A DNA stretch of 63,926 nt, counting the filler, from an uncultured Gemmatimonadota bacterium (GTDB taxonomy: Bacteria; Blakebacterota; Blakebacteria; Blakebacterales; Blakebacteraceae), in the NCBI GenBank assembly GCA_964576115.1. It is 5 parts of 5 records of this genome, joined end to end, with 100 filler letters (N's around TTAATTAATTAA, not from the genome) between each part and the next. Parts side by side here need not be neighbours in the genome. Positions count along the whole stretch, not along the records: positions 1 to 21,788 come from CAZNUA010000002.1; positions 21,889 to 37,003 come from CAZNUA010000003.1; 3 more parts are not named here. One strand, 5' to 3'. Position numbers and translations under genes: made by a program. Positions 19,250 through 29,124 of this stretch are shown piece by piece (within the stretch, counting starts at the first letter, position 1; every line of letters starts with the position of its first letter). The notes under the pieces were generated by a model that made no database searches, was not told the origin of the DNA, and saw nothing but the letters and a program-made list of their open reading frames with translations.

Positions 19250-20660
19250 GATACAGATCGCACCTTTCCGCCACCTCGTCTGCGAGCCGGCGGGCCTCGG
19301 CTTCGGAGGGCGCCTCCACCAGCAGCCGTACGATCGGCTCGGTGTTGCTGGGACGGACGTGAACCCACCGGTCGGGCAGTGCCAGCCGGTATCCGTCGCG
19401 GTCGTCGACCCGGGCCCGGGGCAGGAGTTCGGTGAGCCGGGGGAGACTCTCGGCGAGTTCCTCACGGCCTCCGGCGGGCAGGGCGTACCGCAGCTTCAGG
19501 AGGGCGTAGCGGGGAATACCGTCGAGCAGTCGTTCGGCCTTCGAGCCGGTACGGGCCAGGGCGGTGAGGACGAGGGCCGCTCCCACCAGGGCGTCGCGCC
19601 CCATCACCACGTCGGCGTGAATGACCCCGCCGTTGCCCTCGCCGCCCAGGCGTGCGCCGGCTGCGAGCATCCCCTCGACGACATTGATCTCCCCCACCGG
19701 GGTGCGGTGTACCTGCACCCCTGCCCGAGCGGCGATGTCCTCGATCATCCGCGAGGTGGAGAGATTTACCACCAGCGGTCCGGGGGATGTTTCCAGGACC
19801 TGGCGTGCGGCCAGGGCCAGGGTCATTTCTTCGCCCCAGGGGGTTCCGTCGGGCCCGACCAGAGCCAGGCGGTCGCCGTCGGGATCGAGCGCCAATCCGA
19901 GTTCAGCGCCGGTGTCGACAACAAGGCGGGAAAGATCCGTGAGGGCGTCGGGAAGCGGTTCGGGGGGGCGGGGAAACGTGCCGTCGGGCTCGCAATAGAG
20001 CCGGTGCACCCGCACCCCGTGTTCTTCGAGAAAAGCCGGCAGGGTCAGGGCGGCCGCCCCCCCGCCGCCGTCGACCGCCACCGTCATCCCGGCTGCCGCC
20101 AGGGCTCCGACATCGACCCCCGCCGCCGCCACCACCCGGGCGGCATGGCGGGCCGCAGCTTCGGTATCGAGCGGGGGTTCCTCGGGCTCCGCACTGCCCG
20201 GTCGGGCCGCCTCCCCGGTCTCGCCCGCCGCCGCTGTGGCCGGGGTGGTGCCGATCTGCTCCGCAACCCGACGGATCAGCTCGCGCGAGGCTTCGGGAGC
20301 GAGATAGCGGCCGGTGGGAGCGGCAAATTTGAGCCCGTTCCACTCGATGGGATTGTGACTGGCCGTGATCATGATGCCCCCCGCCGTGTCGAGCAGGTCG
20401 GCATGCATGAGCAGGGTGGGGGTGGGAACGATGCCCAGATCGATGACATCGCGCCCGGCCTCGAGAAGGGCCGTTACCACCGCCCGGCGCAGTTCGACGC
20501 CCGAGGCGCGGGTATCGCGGGCCAGCACGATCGGACCCCGGGCCCAGAGATCGGCACAGGCCGCAGCATAGGCGGCGGCTACGGCGGGGGTCATGCCGCG
20601 GCCCGTGATACCGCGCACGCCGGAGACACCGGCCATCACATCGCTGGCTGCTGGCGTCAT
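19242..20660 (-). CDS. glmM: Phosphoglucosamine mutase / phosphohexomutase
   Basis: SGVRG, ITASHNP, DPDGDR, GGEGNGG, VRPSNTEP; start 20660 after GGAGAGGAG. Confidence 0.85.
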   Translation of the reverse strand: MTPAASDVMAGVSGVRGITGRGMTPAVAAAYAAACADLWARGPIVLARDTRASGVELRRAVVTALLEAGRDVIDLGIVPTPTLLMHADLLDTAGGIMITASHNPIEWNGLKFAAPTGRYLAPEASRELIRRVAEQIGTTPATAAAGETGEAARPGSAEPEEPPLDTEAAARHAARVVAAAGVDVGALAAAGMTVAVDGGGGAAALTLPAFLEEHGVRVHRLYCEPDGTFPRPPEPLPDALTDLSRLVVDTGAELGLALDPDGDRLALVGPDGTPWGEEMTLALAARQVLETSPGPLVVNLSTSRMIEDIAARAGVQVHRTPVGEINVVEGMLAAGARLGGEGNGGVIHADVVMGRDALVGAALVLTALARTGSKAERLLDGIPRYALLKLRYALPAGGREELAESLPRLTELLPRARVDDRDGYRLALPDRWVHVRPSNTEPIVRLLVEAPSEAEARRLADEVAERCDLYHE

Positions 20661-20780
20661 ACTCCTCTCCCCGGACAGCCGTCGCTCGACCCGGACGTCC
20701 CCGTTCAGAACGCTCCGGGCGGCGGGCCGTCCCCTGTGTGGTCCGCTGCCGGACAAAAGGGGTGCGCGCTGGACAGATAG

Positions 20781-20856
20781 TGGAGCCACAGAGCGGACTC
20801 GAACCGCTGACCTGCTCATTACGAGTGAGCTGCTCTACCAGCTGAGCTACTGTGGC
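20781..20856 (-). tRNA. tRNA-Thr(CGT)
   Basis: GCCACAG..GCTCA-CT-CGT-AA-TGAGC..GGTTCGAGTCC..CTGTGGC-T-CCA; 76-nt cloverleaf. Confidence 0.97.
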
Positions 20857-20934
20857 TTGTCAGATAGGCAAACGCAACCCTTTGGAGTAAGGTAAGTTGC
20901 GTTCTTGTTCGTGTCAAATCGGCTCGGGAAAATC

Positions 20935-21010
20935 TGGTGCCGAGGCCCAGAATTGAACTGGGGACACCGGCGTTTTCAGCGCCGTGCTCTACCGACTGAG
21001 CTACCTCGGC
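20935..21010 (-). tRNA. tRNA-Phe(GAA)
   Basis: GCCGAGG..CGGCG-CT-GAA-AA-CGCCG..AGTTCAATTCT..CCTCGGC-A-CCA; 76 nt. Confidence 0.97.
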
Positions 21011-21180
21011 ACGGATGCAGCGCGGCCCCGCAAGGCCGTCGAGGTGACAAATCAAGGCTTTCGGGCCCGGTTTGGCAAGCGTCTTCAACCCCCGTTCGAG
21101 CGGCGTCTCGACACGACCGGGCGGGAAATGTCATACTGCGGCACGACTCCTGTGATGAATCAGCACGGCGGAGGACGGCG

Positions 21181-21788
21181 ATGGCATCATCCACAGCGCC
21201 CGGCCGATTCGGCCTGACGGGATTGCTGTTCCTGCTCGCGGCCTGCGGCCGCGGTCAGGCTGGAGAGTATATCGGCCGGGTCGAACCTCCCGACGAGCCG
21301 GTCCTGCGCGTAGCCGTGGCCGAGGATCCCGAGGGCCTCGACCCGACCCGGTACAGCTCTCAACCCACCTGGCGGGTGGCCCGGATGCTCTTCGAGGGGC
21401 TGCTCGCCTTTACCTCCGACGGACGGGTGGTACCCGGCACGGCCCACCGCTGGGAGGTCTCCCCCGATGCCGTCCGGTATCGTTTCTTTCTGCGCTCCGA
21501 CGCCCGCTGGAGCGACGGCGAGCCGGTCACGGCTCACGATTTCGTCTTCGCCTGGCGCCGGGTCGTGGACCCCGTCATGGGAGCCTCGAGCGCAGCCAAA
21601 CTCCTGGGGCTCGAGAACGCCGAACGGATCGTGGCCGGAGAACTCTCTGTCGGCACTCTCGGCGTCGCGGCTGCAGCCGACACCATCCTGGAGGTCACGC
21701 TCGAACACCCCGATCCGAACTTCCCGCTCCACACCGCCCTGCCCCCCTTCTTTCCCCTGCCCCGCCATCTGGCGGCCGAAGCCTATCG
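21181..21788 (+). CDS. oppA: Oligopeptide ABC transporter substrate-binding lipoprotein, truncated by gap
   Basis: Lipobox LLAAC; LDP, LFEGL, FFLRSDARWSDGEPVTAHDFVFAWRR. Confidence 0.85.
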
Positions 21789-21888
21789 NNNNNNNNNNNN
21801 NNNNNNNNNNNNNNNNNNNNNNNNNNNNNNNNTTAATTAATTAANNNNNNNNNNNNNNNNNNNNNNNNNNNNNNNNNNNNNNNNNNNN
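21789..21888. other. Artificial contig-joining spacer
   Basis: N-run, TTAATTAATTAA (stops in all six frames), N-run; identical design at four places. Confidence 0.97.
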
Positions 21889-21923
21889 CGCCCGCGCCGC
21901 AACCGAACGGAAATGTGTGAACC

Positions 21924-22577
21924 ATGGCCTTCATCGATGAGAAGACACAGACCGAAGCCCTGAAGATCCTGAACGGGATGGAGAAGGAAGTCGCCCTGAT
22001 CCTCTTCACCACCCGGGAGGGGTGCGAGCTCTGCGAACCGACGAAAGAACTGATCTACGAAGTGGCCGCTCTGACCGAGAAACTGACGGTCGAGTTCCGC
22101 GACCTGGAAGCCGACCGCGAGGTCGCCGAGCACTTCGGGATCACCAAAGCCCCCGGGCTGGTGGTGATGGCCGATACCGATCCCGGCATCCGCTTCTCCG
22201 GGATACCCTCGGGCTATGAGTTCGGTACCCTGCTCGAGACGATCCGCATGGTCAGTCTGGGCGAGGCCGGGTTGAGTGAAGAGATGGTGACCCGGCTCGA
22301 CGGCCTCGAGGGGCCGGTGCATCTGCAGGTCTTCATCACCCCGACCTGTCCCTGGTGCCCCCAGTCGGTCTTCGCCGCCCACCGGCTGGCCATGGCCAGC
22401 GACAAAATCACCTCGGAGATGGTCGAGGCAATGGAGTTCCCCGAGCTTTCCCAGCAACACAACGTCATGAGCGTGCCGCGCACGGTTCTCAACGGGCAGG
22501 AGGCGATCGACGGAGCCCTGCCCGAACCGCAGCTGCTCGACTGGATCATCGCCGAAAGCGGCGGCGCGCAGACCTGA
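21924..22577 (+). CDS. Protein disulfide oxidoreductase (two thioredoxin folds; AhpF N-terminal-like)
   Basis: CELC and CPWC motifs; IRFSGIPSGYEF; VMSVPR. Confidence 0.9.
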   Translation: MAFIDEKTQTEALKILNGMEKEVALILFTTREGCELCEPTKELIYEVAALTEKLTVEFRDLEADREVAEHFGITKAPGLVVMADTDPGIRFSGIPSGYEFGTLLETIRMVSLGEAGLSEEMVTRLDGLEGPVHLQVFITPTCPWCPQSVFAAHRLAMASDKITSEMVEAMEFPELSQQHNVMSVPRTVLNGQEAIDGALPEPQLLDWIIAESGGAQT

Positions 22578-22623
22578 TACGGAAGCGGTTGCCGGGTGCA
22601 GGAGTCGACGGCATCATGGGGTC

Positions 22624-23253
22624 ATGTCACCGATCCCGCCCGTTCCAGATGACGGCGAACCCGCCGTTTCACCGACCGATCTGGAAGCCGCCCGCCACGG
22701 CGATCACGCCGCTTTCACCCGGCTCGTCGAGAGCCTGATCGACCGGCTCTACTCCTTCAGCCGGTACATGTGCTCCGATCCGGAGGATGCCGAGGATGTG
22801 GTGCAGGACACCCTGCTCACCGCCTACCGCAAACTGGCCGACTACCGCGGCGAGGGATCTCTGCGCAGCTGGCTCTTCAGGATCATCTCGACCCGGTGTC
22901 AGAAGGTGCGGCGCCGAAGGGTCGGGGAGCCCGAACGGCATCTGCCCTTCGACGAACTTTCCCCCGCCGCTCTGCACCAGGTCCGCGAGGGGCCCGCGCT
23001 GGCAACTGTCGCGGCTCTGCCGCTCGACGAGCTGGTACGAACCGAGCTCATGGGGCGAGTCGAAGCGGCCATTGCCGATCTGCCGGAGGAATACCGCATG
23101 GTCCTGATCCTGCGCGATGTCGAGGAATTCTCGACCGCCGAGGCGGCGGAGATAACAGGTCTGACTGCAGCGGCTGTGAAGTCACGCCTGCACCGCGCCC
23201 GCCTCACCGTCAGGTTGGCCCTGCAGCCCTACCTCGAGGAGGTGGTCCGGTGA
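22624..23253 (+). CDS. ECF RNA polymerase sigma factor
   Basis: Region 2 DAEDVVQDT..SWLFRI; region 4 LPEEYRMVLILRD..EAAEI..VKSRLHRAR. Confidence 0.93.
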   Translation: MSPIPPVPDDGEPAVSPTDLEAARHGDHAAFTRLVESLIDRLYSFSRYMCSDPEDAEDVVQDTLLTAYRKLADYRGEGSLRSWLFRIISTRCQKVRRRRVGEPERHLPFDELSPAALHQVREGPALATVAALPLDELVRTELMGRVEAAIADLPEEYRMVLILRDVEEFSTAEAAEITGLTAAAVKSRLHRARLTVRLALQPYLEEVVR

Positions 23254-23540
23254 GCGATACCAATCGTCCCGAGGCTCACGGGCCGGACCACCCCCACGAT
23301 CACGGTGACTGCAGCGAGGTTCTGCAGGTACTCTCCGCCTGGATCGAAAACGATCTGCCTGCCGTTCAGCAAGCCCGGGTCGAAAGCCATCTCGCCGAAT
23401 GCACGGCCTGCCGCCATTGCGCCGACGAACTCCGGGCCACCGTCCTTTTGCTCCACGATACCGCTTCCCGCCCCCCCGATTACGTCCGGCACGCCCGCCT
23501 CATGCAGCAGCTGCAGACAGCCCTCGACGCTCTCGAGTAA
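23250..23540 (+). CDS. zf-HC2 zinc-binding anti-sigma factor, soluble
   Basis: GTG start overlaps the sigma stop; HLAECTAC (HxxxCxxC) plus upstream Cys; no TM helix. Confidence 0.85.
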   Translation: MSDTNRPEAHGPDHPHDHGDCSEVLQVLSAWIENDLPAVQQARVESHLAECTACRHCADELRATVLLLHDTASRPPDYVRHARLMQQLQTALDALE

Positions 23541-23578
23541 TAAGAGGCCTCGCACGATCGATATCCAGAATCCCGGGA

Positions 23579-24796
23579 TCAGTCGGTAGCGGTCCCGGCC
23601 GGTGTTTCTCCCGGGATCCCGTCCCGGGCCCGGATCTCGCCGACGCGCCCCAGAGCCAGGCGGGTCAGAACGGGACCGACGATCTCGAAGAAGATGGTCG
23701 AGAAGACCGTGATGGTGATGATCACCTCGCCCGCCTCGCCCAGGCGCTGGCCGGCCACCAGAGCCAGCCCGAGAGCCACCCCCGCCTGTGGCAGCAAAGC
23801 CGCACCCGTCCAGCGCCGGTGAGCGCGCTCGACCCGGCCGAGATGACCGCCCAGCCAGGCCCCGGCGATCCGTGAGACGGTTCGCAGGACGATGTAACCG
23901 ATGGCGGCCAGCCCGATTCCCTGCAGGGCCCCCCGTTCGACCGAAGCTCCCGAGAGCAGGAAGAAAAGGACCAGGAAGGGCCACTCGATCCCTTCGATGG
24001 CGCTGAAGGTGCTGGTGTGATGACGGGCCAGATTGGCGATGACGGCCCCCATGGTCATGGCCGCCAGCAGAAAGGAGACATGAAGAGCCAGAGCGATGCC
24101 CCCACAGAGAAAGACAGCCCCCAGAGCTTCGACCAGGGTCGGTTCGCCCGGCTGGATGCGACCCGTGGCATAGGCCATCGGGACTCCGAGGAGGATACCG
24201 AGCAGGATCGCGCCGCCCAGTTCCCAGGCGCCCTGCAGCAGGGTCGTGGCCCCGTTCCCCTGACCCGAAACGATCCCCGCCAGGGTGAAGAGGAGGCTGA
24301 AGACGATGATGCCCCAGGCATCGTCAACCGCGACGATACCCTGGAGCACGCGGGCGAGCGGCCCGTCAGCTTGCTTCTCGCGGATGACATCGAGGGTGGC
24401 CGCCGGATCGGTAGCCGGAGCGATCCCGGCCAGGATCAGGGCCGTGACGACCGGCACCCCGAGCAGAACGAGCCCGCCCCAGGTCATGACTGCCGTCACG
24501 ACGACCAGAACGATCGAGACCGTGAGCACCTCGCGCCCGTGCTCGCGCAGATTGGCGGGGGTCAGCTTCTCGCCCAGCAGGAACCCCACCATGACCAGGG
24601 CCAGATTGGTGACCAGGGGGAACCATTCGTGGTGCAGATCGGGCAGCAGGTCGAAGACCGAAGGTCCTATCAGGAACCCGAAGATGAGCAGGAAGGTCAC
24701 CCGGGGCAGGGGGGTGCGGCGCCCCAGGATATGGGTGAAAAGCCCCAGCAGGAGCAGGGCGCCGATCGTGATCAGGGTAACGGCGGTGTCGTCCAT
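23579..24796 (-). CDS. Cation:proton antiporter (CPA/NhaP-like)
   Basis: About 12 TM helices; ATDPAAT, AVDDAWG, LLPQAGVALG. Confidence 0.9.
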   Translation of the reverse strand: MDDTAVTLITIGALLLLGLFTHILGRRTPLPRVTFLLIFGFLIGPSVFDLLPDLHHEWFPLVTNLALVMVGFLLGEKLTPANLREHGREVLTVSIVLVVVTAVMTWGGLVLLGVPVVTALILAGIAPATDPAATLDVIREKQADGPLARVLQGIVAVDDAWGIIVFSLLFTLAGIVSGQGNGATTLLQGAWELGGAILLGILLGVPMAYATGRIQPGEPTLVEALGAVFLCGGIALALHVSFLLAAMTMGAVIANLARHHTSTFSAIEGIEWPFLVLFFLLSGASVERGALQGIGLAAIGYIVLRTVSRIAGAWLGGHLGRVERAHRRWTGAALLPQAGVALGLALVAGQRLGEAGEVIITITVFSTIFFEIVGPVLTRLALGRVGEIRARDGIPGETPAGTATD

Positions 24797-24860
24797 GACC
24801 CCGGAATATCACCCGGCCGGACGGCTCCTGGCCAGAAAGAACAGGCGCAGGGGCGTTTTC

Positions 24861-26036
24861 TCAGGGCAGCCGGGCGGTGTAGAAGAGTCCGCCGCCGTAC
24901 GCTCCCTCTGTCACTCGCAGCAGGGCGGTCCCGTCGGCCGCGAAGGTCAGCGGCAGCGTCGGGGCCTCGAAACTGCCCCGGTAGCGATGCTCGGGATCGA
25001 AGATGTCGATCCGGTTGTGCTCGATATCGGGCGTATGGGCCAGAACCCAGATATACCCGCGGGGGTCGATCCGGACTCGTCCGATCGCCTGGCGCCGTTC
25101 GGCGAATTCCCACCTGCTCCTGACCTCCGCTTCCGAGAAACCGCTGCCGTCGCTGCTGCTGAAGGCCGCGTGGGCGAAGAAGTACTCCCGGTCGCTTGCG
25201 GAGACGGTCAGATCGGGGGTCGGGGCCAGGGTGCGCCGCACGATCCGGCCGTCGAGTGAGCGCTCCTCGAAAACGTAGTCGGTGCCGGTAACGGTCAGCA
25301 GGCCGCCGGCGGGATCCCATGACCAGTGTAGCTCGTCGGAAAAGGTGGGCCGGGTGTCGAAGGGAGCCACGCTGCCGTCGGGGTGGTGCAGTTCGATCAC
25401 GATCGGGGGCAGGCTTGCCAGAGTGGCCAGGGTATCGGCGGTCTGCGTCTGCAGATTCCAGGCCAGAAGGCTGAAGGTGCCGTCGAGGGCGTCCAGGGCG
25501 TTCAGAACCCGGCCGTCGGGCAGGACCGCACAGCGGTTGGCATCGGGGGCCAGGCCGAACTGCATGGTGATGGTCCGTCGGTGCTGTCCGTTGCGGTCGA
25601 AGACAGAAAAGCGCCGCGGCATGAGATCGCCGACCCAGACCTCATCATCGACGACATTCAGGAAGCGGGGGAAGCCGAATTCCCCCGGTCCCTCGCCGCG
25701 ACCGCCGAAGACGTTGCGAACCCGGCCGGCCAGATCGGTCTCGACCACCTGCCGGTTGCCCGAATCGAGAATGTAGAAGCCGTTTCCGGAGCCGACCGCG
25801 GTCGTTATCCGGCTGAAGAGGTACCCCGCCTCACCGCTCCAGACGTCCCAGACGGCGACGGTGTCGAGAGTGAGCGGGCGCAGGGACAGTTCGGTATAGG
25901 TCGTCTGGATCACGCCCGAGGCGAGGCTTTCGACCCTGACCCCTGAATCGGTCCGAGGGCTGCAGCCCGAAAGGATGAGGAACACTCCGGCGGCGATGAC
26001 GGATCCGGTCAGCGAAAACGTACGTGTGATGGTCAT
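24861..26036 (-). CDS. 6-bladed beta-propeller (NHL-like) lipoprotein
   Basis: Lipobox ILSGC; YILDSGN, FGGRGEGPGEF, IDPRGYIWV, DIFDPE..YRG. Confidence 0.8.
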   Translation of the reverse strand: MTITRTFSLTGSVIAAGVFLILSGCSPRTDSGVRVESLASGVIQTTYTELSLRPLTLDTVAVWDVWSGEAGYLFSRITTAVGSGNGFYILDSGNRQVVETDLAGRVRNVFGGRGEGPGEFGFPRFLNVVDDEVWVGDLMPRRFSVFDRNGQHRRTITMQFGLAPDANRCAVLPDGRVLNALDALDGTFSLLAWNLQTQTADTLATLASLPPIVIELHHPDGSVAPFDTRPTFSDELHWSWDPAGGLLTVTGTDYVFEERSLDGRIVRRTLAPTPDLTVSASDREYFFAHAAFSSSDGSGFSEAEVRSRWEFAERRQAIGRVRIDPRGYIWVLAHTPDIEHNRIDIFDPEHRYRGSFEAPTLPLTFAADGTALLRVTEGAYGGGLFYTARLP

Positions 26037-26223
26037 AGGCGCCTCCCGGTACAAAGAGGGCGATGGGGCGGTCGGCATTCACTGACTCAAACCCGCCCTG
26101 GAGGCGGATAGTTGAGACCATTCCTTACCGGTTCGAGCCGGGTCGTGTAGACTGTCAGAGTGTCCTCAGCACTCCGGTGTCGGTCGGAACATTCGTCCGG
26201 TACCCCGGGAAAGGGTTGGCCTC

Positions 26224-28212
26224 ATGTTCGGTTTCCGGTTGAACGTCACCAGATCCTTCCTGCTGATCCCGGTCGCACTGACCGGTCTTGCCGCCTGTGG
26301 GCGCGCACCCCGGCCGGAAACACTCATCCTCGAGAACCACCACGAGCTGTTCGTTCGCGAACACGAGCTCACGGCTCGTTACGCGGCCGATCTGGAGGTC
26401 TGGCTCGAGCAGCATGCGGAGGCCGACGATGCCGCCCGGGCCGGGGTGGAACTGATCCGCACCCTCGGCGTGCTGGGTGATGTAGCGGGGGCCGAGCGGT
26501 ACTGGCGGCTGGTCCGCTCCGAGCACCCCGGCGATACGGCCGTGCCTGCAGCCGGACTCGAGATGGCCGAAGCAGCCCTCGCCAACGCCGCGACCGAGGC
26601 CGCTCTACGGGTGATCAGCACCATCTGTACCGATGCCCACGGGTATGCGTATCAGACCCGGCTGGTGCAGAATCTAGCCACCCTGCTGGCTCTCGAAGGC
26701 CGTCTTGCCGAAGCCCGCGAAGCGTACGATCTGATCAGGGACATGGAGCTGTACACCGAGTACCCGGCCCGCTTCCGTTCCCTCGAGATCTTTCTCGACT
26801 ATCTCGACCGGGTCGGGACCGAATTTCCTCCGCTGGTCGGTACCGCAGCCGACGGCACATCCCTCGATACCGGCGATTTCCGCGGTCAACCCCTCTTCCT
26901 TCATTTCTGGCGCCGGCGGGGCAGCCTGAATCACGACCTCGAATTCCTCGAGGACCTCCAGCACGAGTACCCCGATCTGGCGGTCGTGAGCATCAATGTC
27001 GGCGACGAACCCGAAGCGGTCCGGCAGGCTCTGCTCAAGCACGTGCCGCACTGGCCTTTCTGGCACGATCGCGACGGTTCGTATGCCGCGTCGCTCGGTA
27101 TCACCTTCATGGGGCTTTACGTGCACGAACCGAAGGGGATCCTGCTCGACTCCGAGGGACGGATAGCCGTCATGCCCGGGCGCGAGGGGGCCATCGCCAT
27201 CGGCCTGAAGGCTCTGGACAAACGGTTCGAGCGGTTCACCCGTCCAGCGGCGCTGCCCCGGCCCTCCGAAACCGTAACTACGGCGGCGGGCGTCCTGGAA
27301 CTGCAGCAATCCCACACCCGGGCCCTGCTCGCCGTCCGGGACCGGGCTCGGGCCGATCTGCTGACGGCTCTGGGACAGTGTGTCGGACGCGATCCGGAAT
27401 CGGAGGCGGGAGCCCGGGCCTGTCTGGAGCTCCTGCGCACTGCGGCCGCCGGCGGGAATGTCGCGGCGGCTGAAGAGGCCTGGGCGCTCTGGCAGGGAGA
27501 CGGAGAGCAGAGAGGCTCCGGACCGGTCACCGCTATCCGGGAGACCTACGCCGTCGCCATGGACTTCGCATACGCCCGGGCCATGCTGACCTGCGGTGAT
27601 CCGGAGCGTACCGCCGGGCTCGTTGACCGGGCCATCGGCGAGCGGCAGGAACGCGAAGACCTCTACCTGCTCTGCGATCTGGCTGCCGCCCTCTCGGTGC
27701 TGGGCGATGTCGACGGCGCCAGGCGGGCCTTCGAGAAAATAATAGAGATCACCGGCGGGGCGGGCTCGGCCGCCTGGGAGGGCTACATCGCCGCCCTGGA
27801 CCGGGTCGGGCACCCCCTCGAGCCGTTCACCCTGCCCGGGCTGAACGGGGGCACCGTCGCCTCGAGCGATTACGCCGGACGCCTGCTGCTGATCGATTTC
27901 TGGGGGTCATGGTGTCATGCCTGCATTCGGGAGATGCCGCATGCGTACGAAGCCTGGAACCGGTATCACGAGCGGGGTTTCGAGGTGCTCGGGATCGTGG
28001 TGCGCGACACCCGGGAGAAAGCGCGAGCCTTCCTCGAGCGAACCGGCTATCCCTGGGACCAGGCCTTCGATGCCGACTCCTCGGTCGCCGGCGAACACGT
28101 GGTGGTCGGCTACCCGACTACCATCCTGGTCGACGGTTCGGGGCGGGTACGCTGTACCCGCACGTTCGGCGGCGGACTCGAGATCGCCCTGCGTTTGCTC
28201 ATCGAGCGTTGA
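26224..28212 (+). CDS. Lipoprotein with two TPR + TlpA/ResA redoxin modules
   Basis: Lipobox LAAC; first thioredoxin fold lacks CxxC (HFWRRRG); second has DFWGSWCHACIREMP and YPTT. Confidence 0.8.
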   Translation: MFGFRLNVTRSFLLIPVALTGLAACGRAPRPETLILENHHELFVREHELTARYAADLEVWLEQHAEADDAARAGVELIRTLGVLGDVAGAERYWRLVRSEHPGDTAVPAAGLEMAEAALANAATEAALRVISTICTDAHGYAYQTRLVQNLATLLALEGRLAEAREAYDLIRDMELYTEYPARFRSLEIFLDYLDRVGTEFPPLVGTAADGTSLDTGDFRGQPLFLHFWRRRGSLNHDLEFLEDLQHEYPDLAVVSINVGDEPEAVRQALLKHVPHWPFWHDRDGSYAASLGITFMGLYVHEPKGILLDSEGRIAVMPGREGAIAIGLKALDKRFERFTRPAALPRPSETVTTAAGVLELQQSHTRALLAVRDRARADLLTALGQCVGRDPESEAGARACLELLRTAAAGGNVAAAEEAWALWQGDGEQRGSGPVTAIRETYAVAMDFAYARAMLTCGDPERTAGLVDRAIGERQEREDLYLLCDLAAALSVLGDVDGARRAFEKIIEITGGAGSAAWEGYIAALDRVGHPLEPFTLPGLNGGTVASSDYAGRLLLIDFWGSWCHACIREMPHAYEAWNRYHERGFEVLGIVVRDTREKARAFLERTGYPWDQAFDADSSVAGEHVVVGYPTTILVDGSGRVRCTRTFGGGLEIALRLLIER

Positions 28213-28990
28213 GCCGTCGCACCCTCCGGGAAATCTTGCGGCGCAGCTTTGCCTCTGAAGGCGGGGGCCCGAGGTTGACCGGACGACCGTCGATGAAGAG
28301 GTCGTCCACCCGCCTCCATTCGGCCCACACCGCCGCATCGGTGGTGTCGTGCCGTCGGTACTCCACCCGATCGCCGAATTCGGCCGCGACCCGACGGGCT
28401 CGTTCGTGGGCCAGATTCTGGGCCATGCACCAGCCCCAAGAAAAGGACACGACCGAGACCCGGTCCGGTACCGCCGCGGGGGCTTTGAGCGGCTCGATCC
28501 ACCGCGGCGGGAGGGCTCGATAGGTGAACGGTTTCCAGACCAGCCGGGCCAGACCGCGGGTATCGGCCGTTTTATACCCGTGTTTGCGATACCAGGAGGC
28601 CTTCATCCAGAACGGGAGTCTCAAGCCCCAGGCCGCCATGCCGGAGGCCCCGAGCCGTCGGGCATCGGTCTCGGCTGCAGCCAGCAGAGCGGAGCCCAGG
28701 CCGCGCTTCTGGAAGTTACCCCGTCCCTGCTTATAGCCGTGCACCCAGATGCAGTAGATAAAATAGAAGTCCTCCCCCTCGACAAAGGAAGACTCGATCG
28801 GACCGTATTGGATCATGCCGCCGATGGCGCCGGAATCGTCTTCGGCCAGTTTGGCGCGCAGACCCTCCGAGCGGGCCCGGGCGTACCACTCCGCCCGGCC
28901 CGAACCGGCTTCCCGGGCCTGCTCCGACCAGTCCTCGAGGCAGCAGAAGAAAAGATCCTCGTGTTCAGACTCGAGATCGATGATTCTCAT
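28199..28990 (-). CDS. GNAT acetyltransferase with C-terminal thioredoxin-like (YoaP-like) domain
   Basis: IGGMIQY, CIWV, FQKRGLGSALL acetyl-CoA motif; C-terminal GWCMAQ..LFIDG. Confidence 0.8.
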   Translation of the reverse strand: MRIIDLESEHEDLFFCCLEDWSEQAREAGSGRAEWYARARSEGLRAKLAEDDSGAIGGMIQYGPIESSFVEGEDFYFIYCIWVHGYKQGRGNFQKRGLGSALLAAAETDARRLGASGMAAWGLRLPFWMKASWYRKHGYKTADTRGLARLVWKPFTYRALPPRWIEPLKAPAAVPDRVSVVSFSWGWCMAQNLAHERARRVAAEFGDRVEYRRHDTTDAAVWAEWRRVDDLFIDGRPVNLGPPPSEAKLRRKISRRVRRLNAR

Positions 28991-29124
28991 GATAGAAGAG
29001 GAATACAGGTATTGACCCCGGTCGGGAAAGCGATAATCTCATGGGAAATGGGAGTGACTGCAGACTGCTCCGCACCGACCGTCCGGCAGTATCTCATCAA
29101 CGGTAATATGGGGAGGCATTCGAG

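Noticed and set aside
20871..20903. AACGCAAC..GTTGCGTT dyad between the two tRNAs
   Set aside because: Most simply a tRNA spacer hairpin; nothing supports a recombination site.
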